Source of the DNA: Candidatus Latescibacterota bacterium
GTDB taxonomy: Bacteria; Latescibacterota; UBA2968; GCA-2709665
Direction of reading: 5' to 3'
NCBI GenBank assembly: GCA_965237675.1
Contig: OZ250150.1
Coordinates: 4,832,001-4,896,000, forward strand
Length of the DNA: 64,000 nt
Shown in pieces: positions 52,580 through 61,083 of the stretch; position 1 is the stretch's first letter, and every line of letters starts with the position of its first letter. A program made the translations under genes and the position numbers. The notes under the pieces were generated by a model that was given only the letters and a program-made list of their open reading frames with translations, was not told the DNA's origin and did not search any database.

Positions 52580-53126
52580 TAATCAAACGTTCCACTCCGT
52601 AACCACGTGAATCCCGGGGCTGAGTGTGAATGGGCGGCGCGCCTTGCGCCACGATTCCGGTCATTCACGCTGCTCTCGTGAATCGACGCCCGGGGTGTGG
52701 CTGCATAGTGTGCCTTGAGCGTAAATCACAGTTAATCATTGGTACCATACGTTTTCCACAGTCCCGGGTGTGGTGGGTCGGCGCGCCCTGCGCCTTCACC
52801 ACAGTCTGTCCCCTGTAATATGTGATTCGCAGTCCGTGTGTGTGGCCGAGCGGCGCGCCCTGCGCCTGATGCCCGGCCAGGTACGGGAATCACGTGAGCC
52901 ACTGTTCGGGGTGTGGTTCGGCGACGTGTCTTCCGCTTCAATTTCCCAGTAGTACAACATAATCACGGGCGTTACGTTCCGGGTACGGCCGAGCGGCGTG
53001 TCTTGCGCTCGATTCCGCCGGCTGATGCCGTTAAATGCGAGAACTACAGTCCCGGGTATGGCAGTGCGGTTTGATTGATGTCAATACGTTCAGTCACAGT
53101 CATTCCTGGTCTGGGAGGGTATCCAG
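52580..53126 (+). repeat. Diverged tandem array of ~71-nt units (about 7.5 copies) abutting WD40 gene 2
   Basis: CCGGG(G)TGTGG...GGCGCGCCCTGCGCC core recurs every 71-73 nt; homologous to the array at 50391. Confidence 0.75.
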
Positions 53127-55178
53127 ATGAAAAGATCTACAATTCTGAGCCTCACTTTTGTATTTACCACCGTCTTATTTTCGGATGAAATCCACGCACA
53201 GGACTACAATCGCTGGAGCCTGCCTGAACGCGCCACGATGCGTCTGGGCAAAGGATACGTGCGCGACGTGGCCTGGTCGCCGGACGGAACGCGCCTGGCG
53301 GTTGGCACGAGCCCCGGCATCTGGCTCTACGATGCCGACACCGGCGCCGAAATTTCCCTGATCACGGGTCATACGGGAAGACTCAATTCGATGGTGTTTT
53401 CGCCGGACGGGACCACACTGGCAAGTGCAGGTCGCGACGGAACGTTGCGATTGTGGGACGTGGCCACCGGGCAGGAAAAAGGCAATATCAGAGCACATCC
53501 GCGGTCTGTCGAAACGGTGGCGTTTTCGCCGGATGGAACGACGCTGGCAAGCGACAGTTACGACGATAAGGTGCGGGTGTGGGACGTGGCCACCGGGCAG
53601 GAGAAAAGCAGCCTGGGGGGACATACGAGGGCTGTCCGTTCGGTGGTGTTTTCTCCGGATGGTCTGACGCTGGCAAGCGCGGGTTACGACAGTACGGTGC
53701 GGATGTGGGACGTGGCCACCGGACAGGAAAAACACATCCTCACAGAACACACGAATCGGGTCAATTCGGTGGTGTTTTCGCCGGATGGCCTGACGCTGGC
53801 AAGCGCCAGTCAGGACAGTACGGTACGGGTGTGGGACGTGGCCACCGGACAGGAAAAACACATCCTCACGGGAGGTACCGGGACGGTCTATTCGGTGACG
53901 TTCTCGCCTGACGGCATGACGCTGGCAAGCGGCTGCGGCGACGATACGGTGCGGCTGTGGGACGTGGCGGCAGGACGGGAGAAGGGCATCCTGGAAGGAC
54001 ATACCGGTTCGGTCATCTCGGTGGCGTTTTCGCCGGACGGGACGACGCTCGCAACCGGCAGTTACGACAGTACGGTGCGTGTGTGGGACGTGGCCACCAG
54101 GCAGGAAAAGCACACCCTCACAGGATATACGTCGCTGGTCAATTCTGTTGCGTTTTCGCCGGATGGGGCGACGCTGGCAAGCGGCATCAGCCGTACGGTG
54201 CGGTTGTGGAACGTGGAAACCGGACAGGAGAAGAGCACCCTTTCAGGACATAAGAATCGCGTCAGGTCGGTGGCGTATTCTCCGGATGGTCAGTCCCTGG
54301 CCAGTGGCGGCGATGATCGTACGGTGCGGGTCTGGGACGTCGCCACGGGGCAAGAAAAACACATCCTCACTGGAGACACCGGCCGCGTCTATTCGATCGT
54401 GTTTTCTCCGGACGGTCAGTTCTTGGCCAGTGGCGGCGATGATCGTACGGTGCGGATTTGGGACGTAGCTACGGGGGAGGAAGAACAAACCCTTACGGGA
54501 CATACCCAATGGGTCTTGTCGGTGGCGTTTTCTCCGGATGGGAAGATGCTGGCAAGTGGCAGTTGGGACGGTGCCGTTCTGCTGTGGGACGTGGCCACCG
54601 GCCAGCAGATAGACATCCTCACGGGACATACCCGTCCGGTCTGGTCACTGTCGTTTACGCTGGATGGGACAACGCTGGCAAGCGCCAGTTCTGACCGTAC
54701 GGTTCGGGTGTGGGACGTGGCCACCGGGCAGGAGATAAGCAGCCTGGAAGGACATAAGTTATTTGTCCGATCCGTGGCGTTTTCGCCAGATGGGACGACC
54801 CTTGCAAGCGGTAGCGACGACGGTACAGTTCGGGTGTGGGGCGTGGCCGCGGGGCAGGAAATAGGCGTCCTCGCTGGACATACCGATATTGTCTATTCGG
54901 TGGCGTTTTCGCCGGACGGGACGACCCTTGCAAGCGGCAGTAACGACGGCACGATTCTGCTGTGGGATGTGTCTCAGTATGTCGCACCTCAACCCCTTGT
55001 TACGGACTTCGATGGCGACGGAACCGTGGCTTTTCCCGACTTTCTGCAGTTCGCGGCGCAGTTCGGGCAAAGCCAGGGGAATGTGGGGTTTGATACCCGA
55101 TTCGATCTGGACGACGACGGTACCGTCGGGTTCAGCGATTTCGTTATCTTCGCACGCAGCTTCGGCCAGGGTGGATGA
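53127..55178 (+). CDS. Secreted WD40 protein (14 repeats) with dockerin-like/EF-hand pair
   Basis: Signal peptide; 14 FSPDG-type repeats; DFDGDG tail. Confidence 0.9.
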   Translation: MKRSTILSLTFVFTTVLFSDEIHAQDYNRWSLPERATMRLGKGYVRDVAWSPDGTRLAVGTSPGIWLYDADTGAEISLITGHTGRLNSMVFSPDGTTLASAGRDGTLRLWDVATGQEKGNIRAHPRSVETVAFSPDGTTLASDSYDDKVRVWDVATGQEKSSLGGHTRAVRSVVFSPDGLTLASAGYDSTVRMWDVATGQEKHILTEHTNRVNSVVFSPDGLTLASASQDSTVRVWDVATGQEKHILTGGTGTVYSVTFSPDGMTLASGCGDDTVRLWDVAAGREKGILEGHTGSVISVAFSPDGTTLATGSYDSTVRVWDVATRQEKHTLTGYTSLVNSVAFSPDGATLASGISRTVRLWNVETGQEKSTLSGHKNRVRSVAYSPDGQSLASGGDDRTVRVWDVATGQEKHILTGDTGRVYSIVFSPDGQFLASGGDDRTVRIWDVATGEEEQTLTGHTQWVLSVAFSPDGKMLASGSWDGAVLLWDVATGQQIDILTGHTRPVWSLSFTLDGTTLASASSDRTVRVWDVATGQEISSLEGHKLFVRSVAFSPDGTTLASGSDDGTVRVWGVAAGQEIGVLAGHTDIVYSVAFSPDGTTLASGSNDGTILLWDVSQYVAPQPLVTDFDGDGTVAFPDFLQFAAQFGQSQGNVGFDTRFDLDDDGTVGFSDFVIFARSFGQGG

Positions 55179-55366
55179 GGCGGCGCACGGTCGGTGCCTC
55201 CCACTTGCCGATTTTGTTACCGTTGGGGAAACACGATGCGGAAGCAGTTGGAGTGCAAGAAGAGGGACACCAGGGCTAAGCGGGAGAGCAATGCCGCCTA
55301 ACGACGTCCACAAAGTCTCTCCATGCTGTTTAATCGGAGTTTATCGCAGTCAGGGAGGGCATTCAG

Positions 55367-56960
55367 ATGAAAAGGTCTACGATTTCGAGCGTGATTTTTG
55401 TTTTGACGGCTGTCTTGTTCGCCCAGGACAGCCGCGCACAGGAGTACAATCGCTGGCGCTTGCCCGAAGGCGCCATTATGCGTCTGGGCAAAGGATACGT
55501 GTGGGACGTGGCCTGGTCGCCGGATCGCACGCGCCTGGCCGTCGGGGGCACCGTCGGCATCTGGGTCTACGATGCCAGCACCGGAGCGGAAGTTTCCCTG
55601 ATCACCGGACATTCCTTCAGAGTCAATGCGGTTGCATTTTCACCCGATGGTCTGACGCTGGCAAGCGGCAGTCGGGACCATACGGTGCGGTTGTGGGACG
55701 TGGCCACCGGAGAGGAAAAAAGCATCCTCACGGGACACAGGTACGACGTCGAGGCGGTGGCATTTTCGCCGGATGGGACAATGCTGGCAAGCGGCAGTCG
55801 CGACGGCACGGGTGTGGGACGTGGCCACAGGCCAGCAAAAACACAGGCTTATCAATGAAAAGTACCCGGATAGGTTGATTAATCCATGGGTCAGGGCGGT
55901 GGCATTCTCGCCGGATGGTCTGACACTGGCCAGCGCCGGAAACGACTCTACGGTGCGGGTGTGGGACGTGGAAACGGGACGGGAAAAGAGCACCCTGGAT
56001 GAACATACCCATTGGGTGTATTCGGTGGCGTTTTCTCCCGATGGGTTGACGCTGGCAAGCGCCAGCCGGGACAGTACCGTGCGGGTGTGGGACGTGGACA
56101 CAGGGCAGGAGAAGAGTACCCTCATAGGACATACGTCCGGCGTCCGATCGGTTGTGTATTCGCAGGATGGGGTGACGCTGGCAACCCGCAGTTTCGACAC
56201 CTCCGCGCGGGCGTGGACGGTGCGGGAGTGGGATTTGGAAACGGGGCGGGAGCAAAGCACCCTCACCCTCACAGGGCATACGTGGTCTGCCAATTCGGTC
56301 GTGTATTCGCCGGATGGGACAATGCTGGCAAGCGGCAGTAACGATCGTACGGTGCGGTTGTGGGACGTGGCCACAGGGCAGCATATACGCACCTTCGCAG
56401 GACATACCCGTGGGGTCGGTCCGGTGGCGTTTTCGCCGGATGGGACAACTGTGGCAGGCGGTGGCGGCTATCGGGACGCAACGGTGCGGTTGTGGGACGT
56501 GGCCACAGGGCAGGAGAAACACACCCTCACAGTACGTGGAGAGAATTTCTTTTCGGTGGCGTTTTCGCCGGATGGCATGACGCTGGCAACCAGCAGTCCG
56601 TACAAGGCGGTTTGGCTGTGGGACGTGGCCACAGGGAGAAACATACGCGCCCTCAAAGGACATACCGATCCAATCTGGTCGGTAGCGTTTTCGCCGGACG
56701 GCAGGACGCTGGCAAGCGCCAGCTACGACTGCACGATTCTGCTATGGGATGTCTCCTCACGTGACGCGTTGCAACCTCTTGCTGCCGACTTCGACGGCGA
56801 CGGGGTCGTGGGCTTTTCCGATTACCTGCAATTCGTCGCGAAGTACGGGCTGCGCTGGGGAGATCCGGGATATGACGCGCGCTTCGATCTGGACGGGGAC
56901 GGTGAAATCGGGTCCCGCGATTGGTGGATCTTCGGGAAAAGCTTCGGCCGGGGTACCTGA
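55367..56960 (+). pseudogene. Frameshifted secreted WD40 protein (10 repeats) with dockerin-like tail
   Basis: Split into ORFs 55367-55858 and 55773-56960; 5-nt deletion at ~55810 (CACGGGTGTGG versus paralogue CACGGTGCGGGTGTGG). Confidence 0.85.
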
Positions 56961-57008
56961 GGCGAACGAACGGTGTCGGAAACAGGTTGCGCCCAGTCCA
57001 AAAAAGGC

Positions 57009-57038
57009 CGGGAATCCACCCCCTACGGCGGGTTCCCG
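57009..57038 (+). other. Hairpin downstream of WD40 gene 3
   Basis: CGGGAATCC...GGGTTCCCG; homologous hairpin at 59508-59541; no U-tract. Confidence 0.5.
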
Positions 57039-57047
57039 CGATGAGAG

Positions 57048-57076
57048 TTGATGCCTTGACGGACATCTGTTATAAC
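57048..57076 (+). promoter_or_regulatory. Sigma70-like promoter upstream of micro-ORF D
   Basis: TTGATG-17 nt-TATAAC with extended TG motif. Confidence 0.55.
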
Positions 57077-57122
57077 ACCCCATCGATCACCCGATTTGAC
57101 CGCGTCTGTGAAGGAGGTGATA

Positions 57123-57200
57123 TTGGAATCAACGTCGAGAAAAGTCAGGCCGCGGTATGTTTACGTGAGAAGCTATGGCTCGGGGCAAGTGCCGAAATGA
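57123..57200 (+). CDS. Candidate 25-aa micro-ORF, type I: (M)ESTSRKVRPRYVYVRSYGSGQVPK
   Basis: AAGGAGGTGATA then TTG; stop at the same position in homologues. Confidence 0.45.
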   Translation: MESTSRKVRPRYVYVRSYGSGQVPK

Positions 57201-57384
57201 CACGACGCGCAATGGGAGCAGTCCCACGTCGCCGTCGATCAATGCACACAACGTCTCTTCATATCTACATCACTCGCTTCAAGTCACAAAAAAAGGGTCA
57301 CATCAATCACAGTCTCATCACGCGATTAATTCACAGTTAATCCCTGTGATCATAAGTTAATCGCTGTACGAGGAGGATTTACAA

Positions 57385-59460
57385 ATGAAAAGATCTGCGA
57401 TTTTGAGCCTCACTCTTATTTTGACCGCTAGCCTGTATGTACAGAACAGCCACGCGCAGGACTACAATCGCTGGAGTCTGCCCGAAGGCGCCCGCATGCG
57501 TCTGGGCAAAGGAAACGTGCTCGACGTGGCCTGGTCGCCGGACGGCACGCTCCTGGCCGCGGGGGGCACTGCCGGCATCTGGGTCTACGATGCCCACACC
57601 GGCGCGGAAATTTCCCTGATCACAGGACATTCGTTCAGAGTCAATGCGGTTGCGTTTTCACCCGATGGTCTGACGCTGGCAAGTGGCAGTCGGGATGATA
57701 CGGTGCGGTTGTGGGACGTGGAAACGGGACAGGAAAAGAGCATCCTCACGGGACATAGGTACGACGTCGAGGCGGTGGCATTCTCGCAGGATGGAACGAC
57801 GCTGGCAAGCGGCAGTCGCGACGGCACGGTGCGGGTGTGGGACGTGGCCACCGGGCAGGAAAAACATACCCTCCTGAATGAAAAGTACCGGGGATTGCTG
57901 AATAAGCCCTGGGTGTATTCGGTTGCGTTTTCGGCCGATGGTCTGACGCTGGCAAGCGCCAATCGGGACAGTACCGTGCGGGTGTGGGACATCGCCACCG
58001 GACAGGAAAAGCATACGCTCACCGGACACACCCATCGGGTCTGGTCGGTGGCGTTTTCGCCCGACGGTAAGACACTTGCCAGTGCAAGTCTGGACAGTAC
58101 GGTGCGGCTGTGGGACCTGGAAACGGGGCAGGAAAAGAGCACCCTCGAAGGACATACTCATCGGGTGTATTCGGTGGCTTTTTCGCCCGATGGTCTGACG
58201 CTGGCAAGCGCCGGTCGGGACAGTACCGTGCGGGTGTGGGACGTGGCCACCGGGCAGGAGAAACACACCCTCACAGGACATACTCATCGGGTGTATTCCG
58301 TGGTGTTTTCGCAGGACGGGATGATGCTGGCAAGCCGCAGTTACGACAATACGGTCCGGACATGGGACGTGGAAACGGGGCAGGAGAGTAGCATCCTACG
58401 CCTTACAGGGCATACACAATCTGTAAACTCGCTGGCGTTCTCGCCGGACGGGCAGACCCTTGCAAGCAGCGGTAACGACCCCGGCATCCGGTTGTGGGAC
58501 GTGGCCACAGGACAGGTAAAAAGCACTTTCGCAGGACATGGGTCGGTGGCGTTCTCGCCGGATGGGACCACGCTGGCAACCGCCGGCGGCCGGGACGGAC
58601 CGATGCGGTTATGGGACGCGGCCACAGGACAGGAGAAACACACCCTCACAGGACATACGTCACCTGTAGAGTCGGTGGCGTTCTCGCCGGATGGGACCAC
58701 GCTGGCAAGCGCCGACGGTCACGACGAAACGGTGCGGTTGTGGAACGTGACCACAGGGAAGGAGAGACACACCCTCGTAGGACATATTGATAGAGTTGGG
58801 ACGGTGGCGTATTCGCCGGATGGATCGACGCTCGCAAGCGCTGGTGGAGACAGCACGGTGCGGTTGTGGAACCCAGCCACAGGGCAAGAGAAAAACACGC
58901 TCACAGTACATGCCTATTGGATCCACGAGTTGGCGTTTTCGCCCGATGGGGCGACGCTTGCAGGCTCCGATTCTCGGGGTACGTTGCGGTTGTGGGACGC
59001 GGCCACAGGGCAGGAGAAAAACACCCTCACAGTACGTGGCGAGAATTTCTTCTCGGTGGCGTTTTCGCCCGATGGGACGACACTGGCAACCAGCAGTCCG
59101 TACAGGGCGGTATGGCTGTGGGACGTGGCCACCGGGCAGAATATACGCGCCCTCAGAGGACATACAGCTCCGATCTGGTCGGTGGCGTTTTCACCGGACC
59201 GCAGAACGCTGGCAAGCGCCAGTTACGACGGTACGATTCTGCTGTGGGATGTCTCGTCACGTGACGCGCTGCAACCCCTTGCCGCCGACTATGATGGCGA
59301 CGGAACCGTGGGCTTTTCCGACTTTCTGCAATTCGTCGCGAAGTACGGGCTGAGCTGGGGAGATGCGGGATATGACGCGCGCTTCGACCTGGACGGGGAC
59401 GGTGAAATCGGGTCCCGCGATTGGTGGATCTTCGGGAAAAGCTTTGGCCGGGGTAACTGA
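57385..59460 (+). CDS. Secreted WD40 protein (14 repeats) with dockerin-like/EF-hand pair
   Basis: Signal peptide; 14 repeats; DYDGDG/DLDGDG tail. Confidence 0.9.
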   Translation: MKRSAILSLTLILTASLYVQNSHAQDYNRWSLPEGARMRLGKGNVLDVAWSPDGTLLAAGGTAGIWVYDAHTGAEISLITGHSFRVNAVAFSPDGLTLASGSRDDTVRLWDVETGQEKSILTGHRYDVEAVAFSQDGTTLASGSRDGTVRVWDVATGQEKHTLLNEKYRGLLNKPWVYSVAFSADGLTLASANRDSTVRVWDIATGQEKHTLTGHTHRVWSVAFSPDGKTLASASLDSTVRLWDLETGQEKSTLEGHTHRVYSVAFSPDGLTLASAGRDSTVRVWDVATGQEKHTLTGHTHRVYSVVFSQDGMMLASRSYDNTVRTWDVETGQESSILRLTGHTQSVNSLAFSPDGQTLASSGNDPGIRLWDVATGQVKSTFAGHGSVAFSPDGTTLATAGGRDGPMRLWDAATGQEKHTLTGHTSPVESVAFSPDGTTLASADGHDETVRLWNVTTGKERHTLVGHIDRVGTVAYSPDGSTLASAGGDSTVRLWNPATGQEKNTLTVHAYWIHELAFSPDGATLAGSDSRGTLRLWDAATGQEKNTLTVRGENFFSVAFSPDGTTLATSSPYRAVWLWDVATGQNIRALRGHTAPIWSVAFSPDRRTLASASYDGTILLWDVSSRDALQPLAADYDGDGTVGFSDFLQFVAKYGLSWGDAGYDARFDLDGDGEIGSRDWWIFGKSFGRGN

Positions 59461-59507
59461 AGCGAACAAACGGTGTAGGAAACAGGTAGCGCAAGTTCTG
59501 CATTAAG

Positions 59508-59541
59508 GCGGGGAACCCATCCCATTGGTCGGGTTCTCCGC
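59508..59541 (+). other. Hairpin downstream of WD40 gene 4
   Basis: GCGGGGAACCC...GGGTTCTCCGC, 11-bp stem. Confidence 0.55.
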
Positions 59542-59624
59542 ATGAGAGTCAAAGCCTTGACCGACCTCTGTTTTGACATTCCGTCGTTCAACCAATCTGG
59601 CCGCGTCTGGAAAGGAGGTGATAA

Positions 59625-59699
59625 CTGGCATCCACGCTGATAAACCTCTGGGCGTCGTACGGCTATTTTAACGCGATGATCTCCTGCACAAGTGGCTAA
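59625..59699 (+). CDS. Candidate 24-aa micro-ORF, type II: (M)ASTLINLWASYGYFNAMISCTSG
   Basis: AAAGGAGGTGATAA then CTG; 16/24 residues identical to the copy at 52265, no indels. Confidence 0.4.
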   Translation: MASTLINLWASYGYFNAMISCTSG

Positions 59700-59740
59700 T
59701 ACCGGCCACGGATCTGATCGCATTCTGAAAGGAGGTGATA

Positions 59741-59818
59741 TTGGAATCAACGTCGAGAAAAGTCAGACCGTGGTATGTTTACGTGAGTAGCTATGGCTCG
59801 GGGCAGGTGCCGAAATGA
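59741..59818 (+). CDS. Candidate 25-aa micro-ORF, type I: (M)ESTSRKVRPWYVYVSSYGSGQVPK
   Basis: AAAGGAGGTGATA then TTG; near-identical to the copy at 57123. Confidence 0.45.
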   Translation: MESTSRKVRPWYVYVSSYGSGQVPK

Positions 59819-59980
59819 CACGACGCGCAATTGGAGGGGTCGCACGTTGCCGTCGATCAATACACACAACGTCTCTCCATATCTAAATCAATCGCCTCAA
59901 GTCACAAAGAGTGTCACATCAGTCAGAGTCTCATCACGCGATTAATTCATAGTTAATCGCTGCACGGGGAGGATTTACAA

Positions 59981-60919
59981 ATGAAAAAGCGAACGATATT
60001 TGGCACCCTCATTCTGTTGACGGCCGTCTTGATCGCCCAGGACAGCCTCGCGCAGGATTATAATCGCTGGAATCTGCCCCAAGGAGCCCGCATGCGTCTG
60101 GGCAAGGGAAACGTGCTCGACTTGGCCTGGTCGCCGGACCGCACGCGCCTGGCCGCGGGGGGCACCGCCGGCATCTGGCTCTACGATGCCCACACCGGCG
60201 CGGAAATTTCCCTGATCACTGGACATTCGTTCAGGGTCAATGCGGTTGCGTTTTCGCCCGATGGTCTGACGCTGGCAAGTGGCAGTCAGGACGATACGGT
60301 GCGGTTGTGGGACGTGGCCACCGGAGAGGAGAAAAGCATCCTTACGGGACACAGGTACGACGTCGAGGCGGTGGCATTCTCGCATGATGGGACATTGCTG
60401 GCAAGCGGCAGTCGCGACGGCACGGTGCGGGTGTGGGACGTGGCCACAGGGCAGGAAAAAAGTACCCTCGTCAATGAAAAGTACCAGGGTAGGTTTAATA
60501 ACCCCTGGGTCGTGTCGGTTGCGTATTCGCAGGACGGGATAAGCCGCAGCTTCGACAATGCGGTGCGACAGTGGGACGTGGAAACCGGGCTGGAGACGGG
60601 CACCCTCAGACTTCCAGGGCATACCTCCGCCGTCCAGTCGGTTGTGTATTCGCCGGACGGGAAGATGCTGGCAAGCGGCGGTAGCGACGGTACGATTCTG
60701 CTGTGGGATGTCTCGTCACGTGCCGCGCTGCAACCCCTTGCTGCCGATTTCGATGGCGACGGGACCGTGGGCTTTACCGACTTTCTGCAATTCGCCGCGA
60801 AGTTCGGGCTGAACTGGGGAGATGCGGGATATGACTCCCGCTTTGATCTGGACAACGACGGGGATATCGGGTATCCCGATTGGTCCATCTTGCGAAAAAG
60901 CTTTGGCCGGGGTTCCTGA
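59981..60919 (+). CDS. Short secreted WD40 protein (5 repeats) with dockerin-like tail
   Basis: Looks like an internally deleted version of 57385-59460. Confidence 0.85.
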   Translation: MKKRTIFGTLILLTAVLIAQDSLAQDYNRWNLPQGARMRLGKGNVLDLAWSPDRTRLAAGGTAGIWLYDAHTGAEISLITGHSFRVNAVAFSPDGLTLASGSQDDTVRLWDVATGEEKSILTGHRYDVEAVAFSHDGTLLASGSRDGTVRVWDVATGQEKSTLVNEKYQGRFNNPWVVSVAYSQDGISRSFDNAVRQWDVETGLETGTLRLPGHTSAVQSVVYSPDGKMLASGGSDGTILLWDVSSRAALQPLAADFDGDGTVGFTDFLQFAAKFGLNWGDAGYDSRFDLDNDGDIGYPDWSILRKSFGRGS

Positions 60920-61083
60920 AGCGAACAAACCGTGTCGGAAACCGGTCGCGCCAATTATCTCCACGAATCCATCACTCGGTGCAGGTCGTCAACAGACTCA
61001 CATCAATCACTGTCTTTTCGGGCCGTTAAATCATAGTTAATCCCTCGTAATCAAAGTTTATCATAGACAGGGAGGGCATTCAG

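Noticed and set aside
50391-53126. CRISPR array interpretation of the ~71-nt arrays
   Set aside because: The putative spacers are homologous to each other, the repeats are degenerate, and no cas genes are in the window.
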